From the human T2T-CHM13v2.0 reference genome, Homo sapiens: 64,000 nt of DNA. Under the pieces are notes generated by a model that saw only the letters and a list, made by a program, of their open reading frames with translations, had not been told where the DNA came from and did not search any database. The stretch lies in assembly GCF_009914755.1 (NCBI RefSeq), contig NC_060936.1, one strand, 5' to 3'. The number at the start of each line of letters is the position of its first letter. The first letter of the stretch is position 1. Below, in pieces: positions 1-12,900 of this stretch. Both the position numbers and the translations under genes were made by a program.

Positions 1-1359
1 AAAAAGAGTGTTTCAAATCTGCTCTTTCTGAAGGAAGGTTCATCTCTGTGAGTTGAATACACACACCACAAATAAGTTACTGAGAATTCTTCTGTGTAAC
101 ATTATATGAGGAAATCCCGTTTCCAACGAAGGCCTCAAAGAGGTCCAAATATCCACTTGCAGACTTTACAAAGACAGTGTCTCCAAACTCCTCCATCATA
201 AGAAAGGTTATACTCTGTGAATTGAACGCACACATCACAAAGTAGTTTCTGAGAATGATTCTGTCTAGTTTTTATACGAAGATATTTCCTTTTCTACATT
301 TGGCCTAAAAGCGCTTGAAATCTCCACCTGCAAATATCACAAAAAGAGGGTTTCACATCTGCTCTGTCTAAAGGACAGTTCACCTCTGTGAGTTGAATAG
401 AGGCAACACAAAGAACTTACTCAGTATTCTTCTTTCTAGAGTTCTATGAAGAAATCCCGTTTCCAACGAAGGCCCCAAAGAGGTCCAAATATCTGCTTGC
501 AGACTTTACAGACAGAGTGTTTCCAAACTACTCTATGAAAAGAAAGCTTAAACTCCTTGAGTTGAACGCACACATCACAAAGTAGTTTCGGAGAATGATT
601 CTGTCTAGTTTTTATACGAAGATGTTTCCTTTTCTACATTTGGTCTCAAAGCGATTGAAATCTCCAACTGGAAACTGCACAAATAGGGTGTTTAAAATCT
701 GCTCTGTCTAAAGGAAGGTTCAACTCTGTGAGTTGAATACACACACCACAAATAAGTTACTGAGAATTCTTCTGTCGAACATTACATGAAGAAATCCCGT
801 TTCCAACGAAGGCCTCAAAGACGTCCAAATATCCACTTGCAGACATTACAAACAGAGTGTTTCCAAACTGCTCCATCAAAAGAAAGGTTAAACTCTGTGA
901 GCTGAACACATACATCAAAAAGAAGTTTCTGTGAATGATTCTGTCTAGATTTTATAAGAAGATGTTTCCTTTTCTACCGTAGGCCTCAAAGCGCTTGAAA
1001 TCTCCAGCTGCAAATTCCACAAAAAGGGTGTTTAACATCTGCTCTTCTAAAGGAAAGTTCAACTCTATGAGTTGAATACACACAGCACAAAGAAGTTACT
1101 GGGACTTCTTCTGTCTAACATTATATGAAGAAATCCCGTTTCCAACGAAGGCCTCAAAGAGGTCCAAATATCTGCTTGCAGACTTTACAGACAGAGTGTT
1201 TCCAAACTGCTCCATCAAAAGAAAGGTTAAACTCCTTGAGTTGAACACACACATCACAAAGTAGTTTCTGTGAATGATTCTGTCTAGTTTTTATACGAAG
1301 ATGTTTCCTTTTCTACCTTTGGTCTCAAAGCGATTGAAATCTCCACATGGAAACTCCAC
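1..1359 (-). repeat. One canonical 8-mer HOR unit (dimers A-B-C-D); probable chromosome 12 live array D12Z3 (S1C12H1L)
   Basis: Seen in sequence: four distinguishable dimers with boxes at 115, 455, 795 and 1134; EcoRI at 84 and 764; a single HindIII (544) and a single PvuII (1005); no GTAC seen in the unit. From recall: SF1 8-mer live arrays occur on chr10 (D10Z1, RsaI-defined) and chr12 (D12Z3, HindIII/PvuII-defined, ~1.35 kb). The chromosome call is an inference, not an alignment result. Confidence 0.7.
115..131 (-). promoter_or_regulatory. CENP-B box (first of ~189 box positions, one per ~340-bp dimer; last at 63979-63995)
   Basis: tcccgtttccaacgaag is the reverse complement of CTTCGTTGGAAACGGGA and matches YTTCGTTGGAARCGGGA. 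It occurs in every second monomer. By eye, 9 of ~189 boxes carry a change in the core NTTCGNNNNANNCGGGN positions. Confidence 0.97.
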
Positions 1360-4300
1360 AAAAAGAGTGTTTCAAATCTGCTCTTTCTGAAGGAAGGTTC
1401 ATCTCTGTGAGTTGAATACACACACCACAAATAAGTTACTGAGAATTCTTCTGTGTAACATTATATGAGGAAATCCCGTTTCCAACGAAGGCCTCAAAGA
1501 GGTCCAAATATCCACTTGCAGACTTTACAAAGACAGTGTCTCCAAACTCCTCCATCAAAAGAAAGGTTATACTCTGTGAATTGAACGCACACATCACAAA
1601 GTAGTTTCTGAGAATGATTCTGTCTAGTTTTTATACGAAGATATTTCCTTTTCTACATTTGGCCTAAAAGCGCTTCAAATCTCCACCTGCAAATATCACA
1701 AAAAGAGGGTTTCACATCTGCTCTCTCTAAAGGACAGTTCACCTCTGTGAGTTGAATAGAGGCAACACAAAGAACTTACTCAGTATTCTTCTTTCTAGCG
1801 TTGTATGAAGAAATCCCGTTTCCAACGAAGGCCCCAAAGAGGTCCAAATATCTCCTTGCAGACTTTACAGACAGAGTGTTTCCAAACTACTCTATGAAAA
1901 GAAAGCTTAAACTCCTTGAGTTGAACGCACACATCACAAAGTAGTTTCTGAGAATGATTCTGTCTAGTTGTTATATGAAGAAGTTTCCTTTTCTACATTT
2001 GGTCTCAAAGCGATTGAAATCTCCAACTGGAAACTGCACAAATAGGGTGTTTCAAATCTGCTCTGTCTAAAGGAAGGTTCAACTCTGTGAGTTGAATACA
2101 CACACCACAAATAAGTTACTGAGAATTCTTCTGTCGAACATTACTTGAAGAAATCCCGTTTCCAACGAAGGCCTCAAAGAGGTCCAAATATCCACTTGCA
2201 GACATTACAAACAGAGTGTTTCCAAACTGCTCCATCAAAAGAAAGGTTAAACTCTGTGAGCTGAACACACACATCAAAAAGAAGTTTCTGTGAATGATTC
2301 TGTCTAGATTTTAGAAGAAGATGTTCCCTTTTCTACCGTAGGCCTCAAAGCGCTTGAAATCTCCAGCTGCAAATTCCACAAAAAGGGTGTTTAACATCTG
2401 CTCTTCTAAAGGAAAGTTCAACTCTATGAGTTGAATACACACAACACAAAGAAGTTACTGAGACTTCTCCTATCAAACATTATATGAAGAAATCCCGTTT
2501 CCAACGAAGGCCTCAAAGAGGTCCAAATATCTGCTTGCAGACTTTACAGACAGAGTGTTTCCAAACTGCTCCATCAAAAGAAAGGTTAAACTCCTTGAGT
2601 TGAACACACACATCACAAAGTAGTTTCTGTGAATGATTCTGTCTAGTTTGTATACGAAGATGTTTCCTTTTCTACCTTTGGTCTCAAAGCGATTGAAATC
2701 TCCACATGGAAACTCCACAAAAAGAGTGTTTCAAATCTGCTCTTTCTGAAGGAAGGTTCATCTCTGTGAGTTGAATACACACACCACAAATAAGTTACTG
2801 AGAATTCTTCTGTGTAACATTATATGAGGAAATCCCGTTTCCAACGAAGGCCTCAAAGAGGTCCAAATATCCACTTGCAGACTTTACAAAGACAGTGTCT
2901 CCAAACTCCTCCATCAAAAGAAAGGTTATACTCTGTGAATTGAACGCACACATCACAAAGTAGTTTCTGAGAATGATTCTGTCTAGTTTTTATACGAAGA
3001 TATTTCCTTTTCTACATTTGGCCTAAAAGCGCTTGAAATCTCCACCTGCAAATATCACAAAAAGAGGGTTTCACATCTGCTCTGTCTAAAGGACAGTTCA
3101 CCTCTGTGAGTTGAATAGAGGCAACACAAAGAACTTACTCAGTATTCTTCTTTCTAGCGTTCTATGAAGAAATCCCGTTTCCAACGAAGGCCCCAAAGAG
3201 GTCCAAATATCTGCTTGCAGACTTTACAGACAGAGTGTTTCCAAACTACTCTATGAAAAGAAAGCTTAAACTCCTTGAGTTGAACGCACACATCACAAAG
3301 TAGTTTCTGAGAATGATTCTGTCTAGTTGTTATACGAAGATGTTTCCTTTTCTACATTTGGTCTCAAAGCGATTGAAATCTCCAACTGGAAACTGCACAA
3401 ATAGGGTGTTTCAAATCTGCTCTGTCTAAAGGAAGGTTCAACTCTGTGAGTTGAATACACACACCACAAATAAGTTACTGAGAATTCTTCTTTCGAACAT
3501 TACTTGAAGAAATCCCGTTTCCAACGAAGACCTCAAAGAGGTCCAAATATCCACTTGCAGACATTACAAACAGAGTGTTTCCAAACTGCTCCATCAAAAG
3601 AAAGGTTAAACTCTGTGAGCTGAACACACACATCAAAAAGAAGTTTCTGTGAATGATTCTGTCTAGATTTTATAAGAAGATGTTTCCTTTTCTACAGTAG
3701 GCCTCAAAGCGCTTGAAATCTCCAGCTGCAAATTCCACAAAAAGGGTGTTTAACATCTGCTCTTCTAAAGGAAAGTTCAACTCTATGAGTTGAATACACA
3801 CAGCACAAAGAAGTTACTGAGACTTCTCCTATCAAACATTATATGAAGAAATCCCGTTTCCAACGAAGGCCTCAAAGAGGTCCAAATATCTGCTTGCAGA
3901 CTTTACAGACAGAGTGTTTCCAAACTGCTCCATCAAAAGAAAGGTTAAACTCCTTGAGTTGAACACACACATCACAAAGTAGTTTCTGTGAATGATTCTG
4001 TCTAGTTTTTATACGAAGATGTTTCCTTTTCTACCTTTGGTCTCAAAGCGATTGAAATCTCCACATGGAAACTCCACAAAAAGAGTGTTTCAAATCTGCT
4101 CTTTCTGAAGGAAGGTTCATCTCTGTGAGTTGAATACACACACCACAAATAAGTTACTGAGAATTCTTCTGTGTAACATTATATGAGGAAATCCCGTTTC
4201 CAACGAAGGCCTCAAAGAGCTCCAAATATCCACTTGCAGACTTTACAAAGACAGTGTCTCCAAACTCCTCCACCAAAAGAAAGGTTATACTCTGTGAATT

Positions 4301-6752
4301 GAACGCACACATCACAAAGTAGTTTCTGAGAATGATTCTGTCTAGTTTTTATACGAAGATATTTCCTTTTCTACATTTGGCCTAAAAGCGCTTGAAATCT
4401 CCACCTGCAAATATCACAAAAAGAGGGTTTCACATCTGCTCTGTCTAAAGGACAGTTCACCTCTGTGAGTTGAATAGAGGCAACACAAAGAACTTACTCA
4501 GTATTCTTCTTTCTAGCGTTCTATGAAGAAATCCCGTTTCCAACGAAGGCCCCAAAGAGGTCCAAATATCTGCTTGCAGACTTTACAGACAGAGTGTTTC
4601 CAAACTACTCTATGAAAAGAAAGCTTAAACTCCTTGAGTTGAACGCACACATCACAAAGTAGTTTCTGAGAATGATTCTGTCTAGTTTTTATACGAAGAT
4701 GTTTCCTTTTCTACGTTTGGTCTCAAAGCGATTGAAATCTCCAACTGGAAACTGCACAAATAGGGTGTTTCAAATCTGCTCTGTCTAAAGGAAGGTTCAA
4801 CTCTGTGAGTTGAATACACACACCACAAATAAGTTACTGAGAATTCTTCTGTCGAACATTACTTGAAGAAATCCCGTTTCCAACGAAGGCCTCAAAGAGG
4901 TCCAAATATCCACTTGCAGACATTACAAACAGATTGTTTCCAACCTGCTCCATCAAAAGAAAGGTTAAACTCTGTGAGCTGAACACACACATCAAAAAGA
5001 AGTTTCTGTGAATGATTCTGTCTAGATTTTATAAGAAGATGTTTCCTTTTCTACCGTAGGCCTCAAAGCGCTTGAAATCTCCAGCTGCAAATTCCACAAA
5101 AAGGGTGTTTAACATCTGCTCTTCTAAAGGAAAGTTCAACTCTATGAGTTGAATACACACAGCACAAAGAAGTTACTGAGACTTCTCCTATCAAACATTA
5201 TATGAAGAAATCCCGTTTCCAACGAAGGCCTCAAAGAGGTCCAAATATCTGCTTGCAGACTTTACAGACAGAGTGTTTCCAAACTGCTCCATCAAAAGAA
5301 AGGTTAACCTCCTTGAGTTGAACACACACATCACAAAGTAGTTTCTGTGAATGATTCTGTCTAGTTTTTATACGAAGATGTTTCCTTTTCTACCTTTGGT
5401 CTCAAAGCGATTGAAATCTCCACATGGAAACTCCACAAAAAGAGTGTTTCAAATCTGCTCTTTCTGAAGGAAGGTTCATCTCTGTGAGTTGAATACACAC
5501 ACCACAAATAAGTTACTGAGAATTCTTCTGTGTAACATTATATGAGGAAATCCCGTTTCCAACGAAGGCCTCAAAGAGGTCCAAATATCCACTTGCAGAC
5601 TTTACAAAGACAGTGTCTCCAAACTCCTCCATCAAAAGAAAGGTTATACTCTGTGAATTGAACGCACACATCACAAAGTAGTTTCTGAGAATGATTCTGT
5701 CTAGTTTTTATACGAAGATATTTCCTTTTCTACATTTGGCCTAAAAGCGCTTGAAATCTCCACCTGCAAATATCACAAAAAGAGGGTTTCACATCTGCTC
5801 TGTCTAAAGGACAGTTCACCTCTGTGAGTTGAATAGAGGCAACACAAAGAACTTACTCAGTATTCTTCTTTCTAGCGTTCTTTGAAGAAATCCCGTTTCC
5901 AACGAAGGCCCCAAAGAGGTCTAAATATCTGCTTGCAGACTTTACAGACAGAGTGTTTCCAAACTACTCTATGAAAAGAAAGCTTAAACTCCTTGAGTTG
6001 AACGCACACATCACAAAGTAGTTTCTGAGAATGATTCTGTCTAGTTTTTATACGAAGATGTTTCCTTTTCTACATTTGGTCTCAAAGCGATTGAAATCTC
6101 CAACTGGAAACTGCACAAATAGGGTGTTTCAAATCTGCTCTGTCTAAAGGAAGGTTCAACTCTGTGAGTTGAATACACACACCACAAATAAGTTACTGAG
6201 AATTCTTCTGTCGAACATTACATGAAGAAATCCCGTTTCCAACGAAGGCCTCAAAGACGTCCAAATATCCACTTGCAGACATTACAAACAGAGTGTTTCC
6301 AAACTGCTCCATCAAAAGAAAGGTTAAACTCTGTGAGCTGAACACACACATCAAAAAGAAGTTTCTGTGAATGATTCTGTCTAGATTTTATATGAAGATG
6401 TTTCCTTTTCTACCGTAGGCCTCAAAGCGCTTGAAATCTCCAGCTGCAAATTCCACAAAAAGGGTGTTTAACATCTGCTCTTCTAAAGGAAAGTTCAACT
6501 CTATGAGTTGAATACACACAGCACAAAGAAGTTACTGAGACTTCTTCTGTCTAACATTATATGAAGAAATCCCGTTTCCAACGAAGGCCTCAAAGAGGTC
6601 CAAATATCTGCCTGCAGACTTTACAGACAGAGTGTTTCCAAACTGCTCCATCAAAAGAAAGGTTAAACTCCTTGAGTTGAACACACACATCACAAAGTAG
6701 TTTCTGTGAATGATTCTGTCTAGTTTTTATACGAAGATGTTTCCTTTTCTAC

Positions 6753-6985
6753 ATTTGGTCTCAAAGCGATTGAAATCTCCACATGGAAACTGCACAAATA
6801 GGGTGTTTCAAATCTGCTCTGTCTAAAGGAAGGTTCAACTCTGTGAGTTGAATACACACACCACAAATAAGTTACTGAGAATTCTTCTTTCGAACACTAC
6901 TTGAAGAAATCCCGTTTCCAACGAAGGCCTCAAAGAGGTCCAAATATCCACTTGCAGACATTACAAACAGAGTGTTTCCAAACTG
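6753..6985. repeat. Hybrid HOR: C-type tract in the A position (copy 1; also 10826-11058, 15922-16154, 22717-22949, 24076-24308, 28153-28385, 29512-29744)
   Basis: After dimer D the sequence reads C-type (tgcacaaatagggtg, cgaacactacttgaag, gacattacaaacag). It then switches to A-type ggttatactctgtgaattg and continues into B. HOR length stays 1,359. Confidence 0.9.
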
Positions 6986-9900
6986 CTCCATCAAAAGAAA
7001 GGTTATACTCTGTGAATTGAACGCACACATCACAAAGTAGTTTCTGAGAATGATTCTGTCTAGTTTTTATACGAAGATATTTCCTTTTCTACATTTGGCC
7101 TAAAAGCGCTTGAAATCTCCACCTGCAAATATCACAAAAAGAGGGTTTCACATCTGCTCTGTCTAAAGGACAGTTCACCTCTGTGAGTTGAATAGAGGCA
7201 ACACAAAGAACTTACTCAGTATTCTTCTTTCTAGCGTTCTATGAAGAAATCCCGTTTCCAACGAAGGCCCCAAAGAGGTCCAAATATCTGCTTGCAGACT
7301 TTACAGACAGAGTGTTTCCAAACTACTCTATGAAAAGAAAGCTTAAACTCCTTGAGTTGAACGCACACATCACAAAGTAGTTTCTGAGAATGATTCTGTC
7401 TAGTTGTTATACGAAGATGTTTCCTTTTCTACATTTGGTCTCAAAGCGATTGAAATCTCCAACTGGAAACTGCACAAATAGGGTGTTTCAAATCTGCTCT
7501 GTCTAAAGGAAGGTTCAACTCTGTGAGTTGAATACACACACCACAAATAAGTTACTGAGAATTCTTCTTTCGAACATTACTTGAAGAAATCCCGTTTCCA
7601 ACGAAGACCTCAAAGAGGTCCAAATATCCACTTGCAGACATTACAAACAGAGTGTTTCCAAACTGCTCCATCAAAAGAAAGGTTAAACTCTGTGAGCTGA
7701 ACACACACATCAAAAAGAAGTTTCTGTGAATGATTCTGTCTAGATTTTAGAAGAAGATGTTTCCTTTTCTACCGTAGGCCTCAAAGCGCTTGAAATCTCC
7801 AGCTGCAAATTCCACAAAAAGGGTGTTTAACATCTGCTCTTCTAAAGGAAAGTTCAACTCTATGAGTTGAATACACACAGCACAAAGAAGTTACTGAGAC
7901 TTCTCCTATCAAACATTATATGAAGAAATCCCGTTTCCAACGAAGGCCTCAAAGAGGTCCAAATATCTGCTTGCAGACTTTACAGACAGAGTGTTTCCAA
8001 ACTGCTCCATCAAAAGAAAGGTTAAACTCCTTGAGTTGAACACACACATCACAAAGTAGTTTCTCTGAATGATTCTGTCTAGTTTTTATACGAAGATGTT
8101 TCCTTTTCTACCTTTGGTCTCAAAGCGATTGAAATCTCCACATGGAAACTCCACAAAAAGAGTGTTTCAAATCTGCTCTTTCTGAAGGAAGGTTCATCTC
8201 TGTGAGTTGAATACACACACCACAAATAAGTTACTGAGAATTCTTCTGTGTAACATTATATGAGGAAATCCAGTTTCCAACGAAGGCCTCAAAGAGCTCC
8301 AAATATCCACTTGCAGACTTTACAAAGACAGTGTCTCCAAACTCCTCCACCAAAAGAAAGGTTATACTCTGTGAATTGAACGCACACATCACAAAGTAGT
8401 TTCTGAGAATGATTCTGTCTAGTTTTTATACGAAGATATTTCCTTTTCTACATTTGGCCTAAAAGCGCTTGAAATCTCCACCTGCAAATATCACAAAAAG
8501 AGGGTTTCACATCTGCTCTGTCTAAAGGACAGTTCACCTCTGTGAGTTGAATAGAGGCAACACAAAGAACTTACTCAGTATTCTTCTTTCTAGCGTTCTA
8601 TGAAGAAATCCCGTTTCCAACGAAGGCCCCAAAGAGGTCCAAATATCTGCTTGCAGACTTTACAGACAGAGTGTTTCCAAACTACTCTATGAAAAGAAAG
8701 CTTAAACTCCTTGAGTTGAACGCACACATCACAAAGTAGTTTCTGAGAATGATTCTGTCTAGTTGTTATACGAAGATGTTTCCTTTTCTACATTTGGTCT
8801 CAAAGCGATTGAAATCTCCAACTGGAAACTGCACAAATAGGGTGTTTCAAATCTGCTCTGTCTAAAGGAAGGTTCAACTCTGTGAGTTGAATACACACAC
8901 CACAAATAAGTTACTGAGAATTCTTCTGTCGAACATTACATGAAGAAATCCCGTTTCCAACGAAGGCCTCAAAGACGTCCAAATATCCACTTGCAGACAT
9001 TACAAACAGAGTGTTTCCAAACTGCTCCATCAAAAGAAAGGTTAAACTCTGTGAGCTGAACACACACATCAAAAAGAAGTTTCTGTGAATGATTCTGTCT
9101 AGATTTTATAAGAAGATGTTTCCTTTTCTACCGTAGGCCTCAAAGCGCTTGAAATCTCCAGCTGCAAATTCCACAAAAAGGGTGTTTAACATCTGCTCTT
9201 CTAAAGGAAAGTTCAACTCTATGAGTTGAATACACACAGCACAAAGAAGTTACTGAGACTTCTTCTAACATTATATGAAGAAATCCCGTTTCCAACGAAG
9301 GCCTCAAAGAGGTCCAAATATCTGCCTGCAGACTTTACAGACAGAGTGTTTCCAAACTGCTCCATCAAAAGAAAGGTTAAACTCCTTGAGTTGAACACAC
9401 ACATCACAAAGTAGTTTCTGTGAATGATTCTGTCTAGTTTTTATACGAAGATGTTTCCTTTTCTACCTTTGGTCTCAAAGCGATTGAAATCTCCACATGG
9501 AAACTCCACAAAAAGAGTGTTTCAAATCTGCTCTTTCTGAAGGAAGGTTCATCTCTGTGAGTTGAATACACACACCACAAATAAGTTACTGAGAATTCTT
9601 CTGTGTAACATTATATGAGGAAATCCCGTTTCCAACGAAGGCCTCAAAGAGGTCCAAATATCCACTTGCAGACTTTACAAGGACAGTGTCTCCAAACTCC
9701 TCCATCAAAAGAAAGGTTATACTCTGTGAATTGAACGCACACATCACAAAGTAGTTTCTGAGAATGATTCTGTCTAGTTTTTATACGAAGATATTTCCTT
9801 TTCTACATTTGGCCTAAAAGCGCTTGAAATCTCCACCTGCAAATATCACAAAAAGAGGGTTTCACATCTGCTCTGTCTAAAGGACAGTTCACCTCTGTGA

Positions 9901-12900
9901 GTTGAATAGAGGCAACACAAAGAACTTACTCAGTATTCTTCTTTCTAGCGTTCTATGAAGAAATCCCGTTTCCAACGAAGGCCCCAAAGAGGTCCAAATA
10001 TCTGCTTGCAGACTTTACAGACAGAGTGTTTCCAAACTACTCTATGAAAAGAAAGCTTAAACTCCTTGAGTTGAACGCACACATCACAAAGTAGTTTCTG
10101 AGAATGATTCTGTCTAGTTGTTATACGAAGATGTTTCCTTTTCTACATTTGGTCTCAAAGCGATTGAAATCTCCAACTGGAAACTGCACAAATAGGGTGT
10201 TTCAAATCTGCTCTGTCTAAAGGAAGGTTCAACTCTGTGAGTTGAATACACACACCACAAATAAGTTACTGAGAATTCTTCTTTCGAACACTACTTGAAG
10301 AAATCCCGTTTCCAACGAAGGCCTCAAAGAGGTCCAAATATCCACTTGCAGACATTACAAACAGAGTGTTTCCAAACTGCTCCATCAAAAGAAAGGTTAA
10401 ACTCTGTGAGCTGAACACACACATCAAAAAGAAGTTTCTGTGAATGATTCTGTCTAGATTTTATAAGAAGATGTTTCCTTTTCTACCGTAGGCCTCAAAG
10501 CGCTTGAAATCTCCAGCTGCAAATTCCACAAAAAGGGTGTTTAACATCTGCTCTTCTAAAGGAAAGTTCAACTCTATGAGTTGAATACACACAGCACAAA
10601 GAAGTTACTGAGACTTCTCCTATCAAACATTATATGAAGAAATCCCGTTTCCAACGAAGGCCTCAAAGAGGTCCAAATATCTGCTTGCAGACTTTACAGA
10701 CAGAGTGTTTCCAAACTGCTCCATCAAAAGAAAGGTTAAACTCCTTGAGTTGAACACACACATCACAAAGTAGTTTCTGTGAATGATTCTGTCTAGTTTT
10801 TATACGAAGATGTTTCCTTTTCTACATTTGGTCTCAAAGCGATTGAAATCTCCAACTGGAAACTGCACAAATAGGGTGTTTCAAATCTGCTCTGTCTAAA
10901 GGAAGGTTCAACTCTGTGAGTTGAATACACACACCACAAATAAGTTACTGAGAATTCTTCTTTCGAACACTACTTGAAGAAATCCCGTTTCCAACGAAGG
11001 CCTCAAAGAGGTCCAAATATCCACTTGCAGACATTACAAACAGAGTGTTTCCAAACTGCTCCATCAAAAGAAAGGTTATACTCTGTGAATTGAACGCACA
11101 CATCACAAAGTAGTTTCTGAGAATGATTCTGTCTAGTTTTTATACGAAGATATTTCCTTTTCTACATTTGGCCTAAAAGCGCTTGAAATCTCCACCTGCA
11201 AATATCACAAAAAGAGGGTTTCACATCTGCTCTGTCTAAAGGACAGTTCACCTCTGTGAGTTGAATAGAGGCAACACAAAGAACTTACTCAGTATTCTTC
11301 TTTCTAGCGTTCTATGAAGAAATCCCGTTTCCAACGAAGGCCCCAAAGAGGTCCAAATATCTGCTTGCAGACTTTACAGACAGAGTGTTTCCAAACTACT
11401 CTATGAAAAGAAAGCTTAAACTCCTTGAGTTGAACGCACACATCACAAAGTAGTTTCTGAGAATGATTCTGTCTAGTTGTTATACGAAGATGTTTCCTTT
11501 TCTACATTTGGTCTCAAAGCGATTGAAATCTCCAACTGGAAACTGCACAAATAGGGTGTTTCAAATCTGCTCTGTCTAAAGGAAGGTTCAACTCTGTGAG
11601 TTGAATACACACACCACAAATAAGTTACTGAGAATTCTTCTTTCGAACATTACTTGAAGAAATCCCGTTTCCAACGAAGACCTCAAAGAGGTCCAAATAT
11701 CCACTTGCAGACATTACAAACAGAGTGTTTCCAAACTGCTCCATCAAAAGAAAGGTTAAACTCTGTGAGCTGAACACACACATCAAAAAGAAGTTTCTGT
11801 GAATGATTCTGTCTAGATTTTATAAGAAGATGTTTCCTTTTCTACCGTAGGCCTCAAAGCGCTTGAAATCTCCAGCTGCAAATTCCACAAAAAGGGTGTT
11901 TAACATCTGCTCTTCTAAAGGAAAGTTCAACTCTATGAGTTGAATACACACAGCACAAAGAAGTTACTGAGACTTCTCCTATCAAACATTATATGAAGAA
12001 ATCCCGTTTCCAACGAAGGCCTCAAAGAGGTCCAAATATCTGCTTGCAGACTTTACAGACAGAGTGTTTCCAAACTGCTCCATCAAAAGAAAGGTTAAAC
12101 TCCTTGAGTTGAACACACACATCACAAAGTAGTTTCTGTGAATGATTCTGTCTAGTTTTTATACGAAGATGTTTCCTTTTCTACCTTTGGTCTCAAAGCG
12201 ATTGAAATCTCCACATGGAAACTCCACAAAAAGAGTGTTTCAAATCTGCTCTTTCTGAAGGAAGGTTCATCTCTGTGAGTTGAATACACACACCACAAAT
12301 AAGTTACTGAGAATTCTTCTGTGTAACATTATATGAGGAAATCCCGTTTCCAACGAAGGCCTCAAAGAGCTCCAAATATCCACTTGCAGACTTTACAAAG
12401 ACAGTGTCTCCAAACTCCTCCACCAAAAGAAAGGTTATACTCTGTGAATTGAACGCACACATCACAAAGTAGTTTCTGAGAATGATTCTGTCTAGTTTTT
12501 ATACGAAGACATTTCCTTTTCTACATTTGGCCTAAAAGCGCTTGAAATCTCCACCTGCAAATATCACAAAAAGAGGGTTTCACATCTGCTCTGTCTAAAG
12601 GACAGTTCACCTCTGTGAGTTGAATAGAGGCAACACAAAGAACTTACTCAGTATTCTTCTTTCTAGCGTTCTATGAAGAAATCCCGTTTCCAACGAAGGC
12701 CCCAAAGAGGTCCAAATATCTGCTTGCAGACTTTACAGACAGAGTGTTTCCAAACTACTCTATGAAAAGAAAGCTTAAACTCCTTGAGTTGAACGCACAC
12801 ATCACAAAGTAGTTTCTGAGAATGATTCTGTCTAGTTTTTATACGAAGATGTTTCCTTTTCTACGTTTGGTCTCAAAGCGATTGAAATCTCCAACTGGAA

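Noticed and set aside
1-1359. Alternative assignment to D10Z1 or to SF2 8-mers (chr14/22, 18, 20)
   Set aside because: The monomers resemble the SF1 EcoRI-dimer type, and the unit has HindIII and PvuII but no visible RsaI site. These alternatives are disfavoured from recall only and are not excluded without alignment to reference HOR consensus sequences.
2473-2718. 81-aa minus-strand ORF, with an identical copy at 18437-18682
   Set aside because: It lies wholly in satellite DNA. It is open only because a local SNV (tttgtatac) removes a stop present in other HORs. The duplicate reflects the 15,964-bp block copy, and I recognise no protein features.
3513-3535. Variants next to boxes (gaagacctc, gaaggactc, gaagtcccc) as possible broken CENP-B boxes
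   Set aside because: The changes fall just outside the 17-bp box, so the core positions are intact.
9219-9414. Two overlapping 62-aa ORFs on opposite strands
   Set aside because: Both are by-products of the 4-bp deletion at ~9266 shifting frames in alpha satellite.
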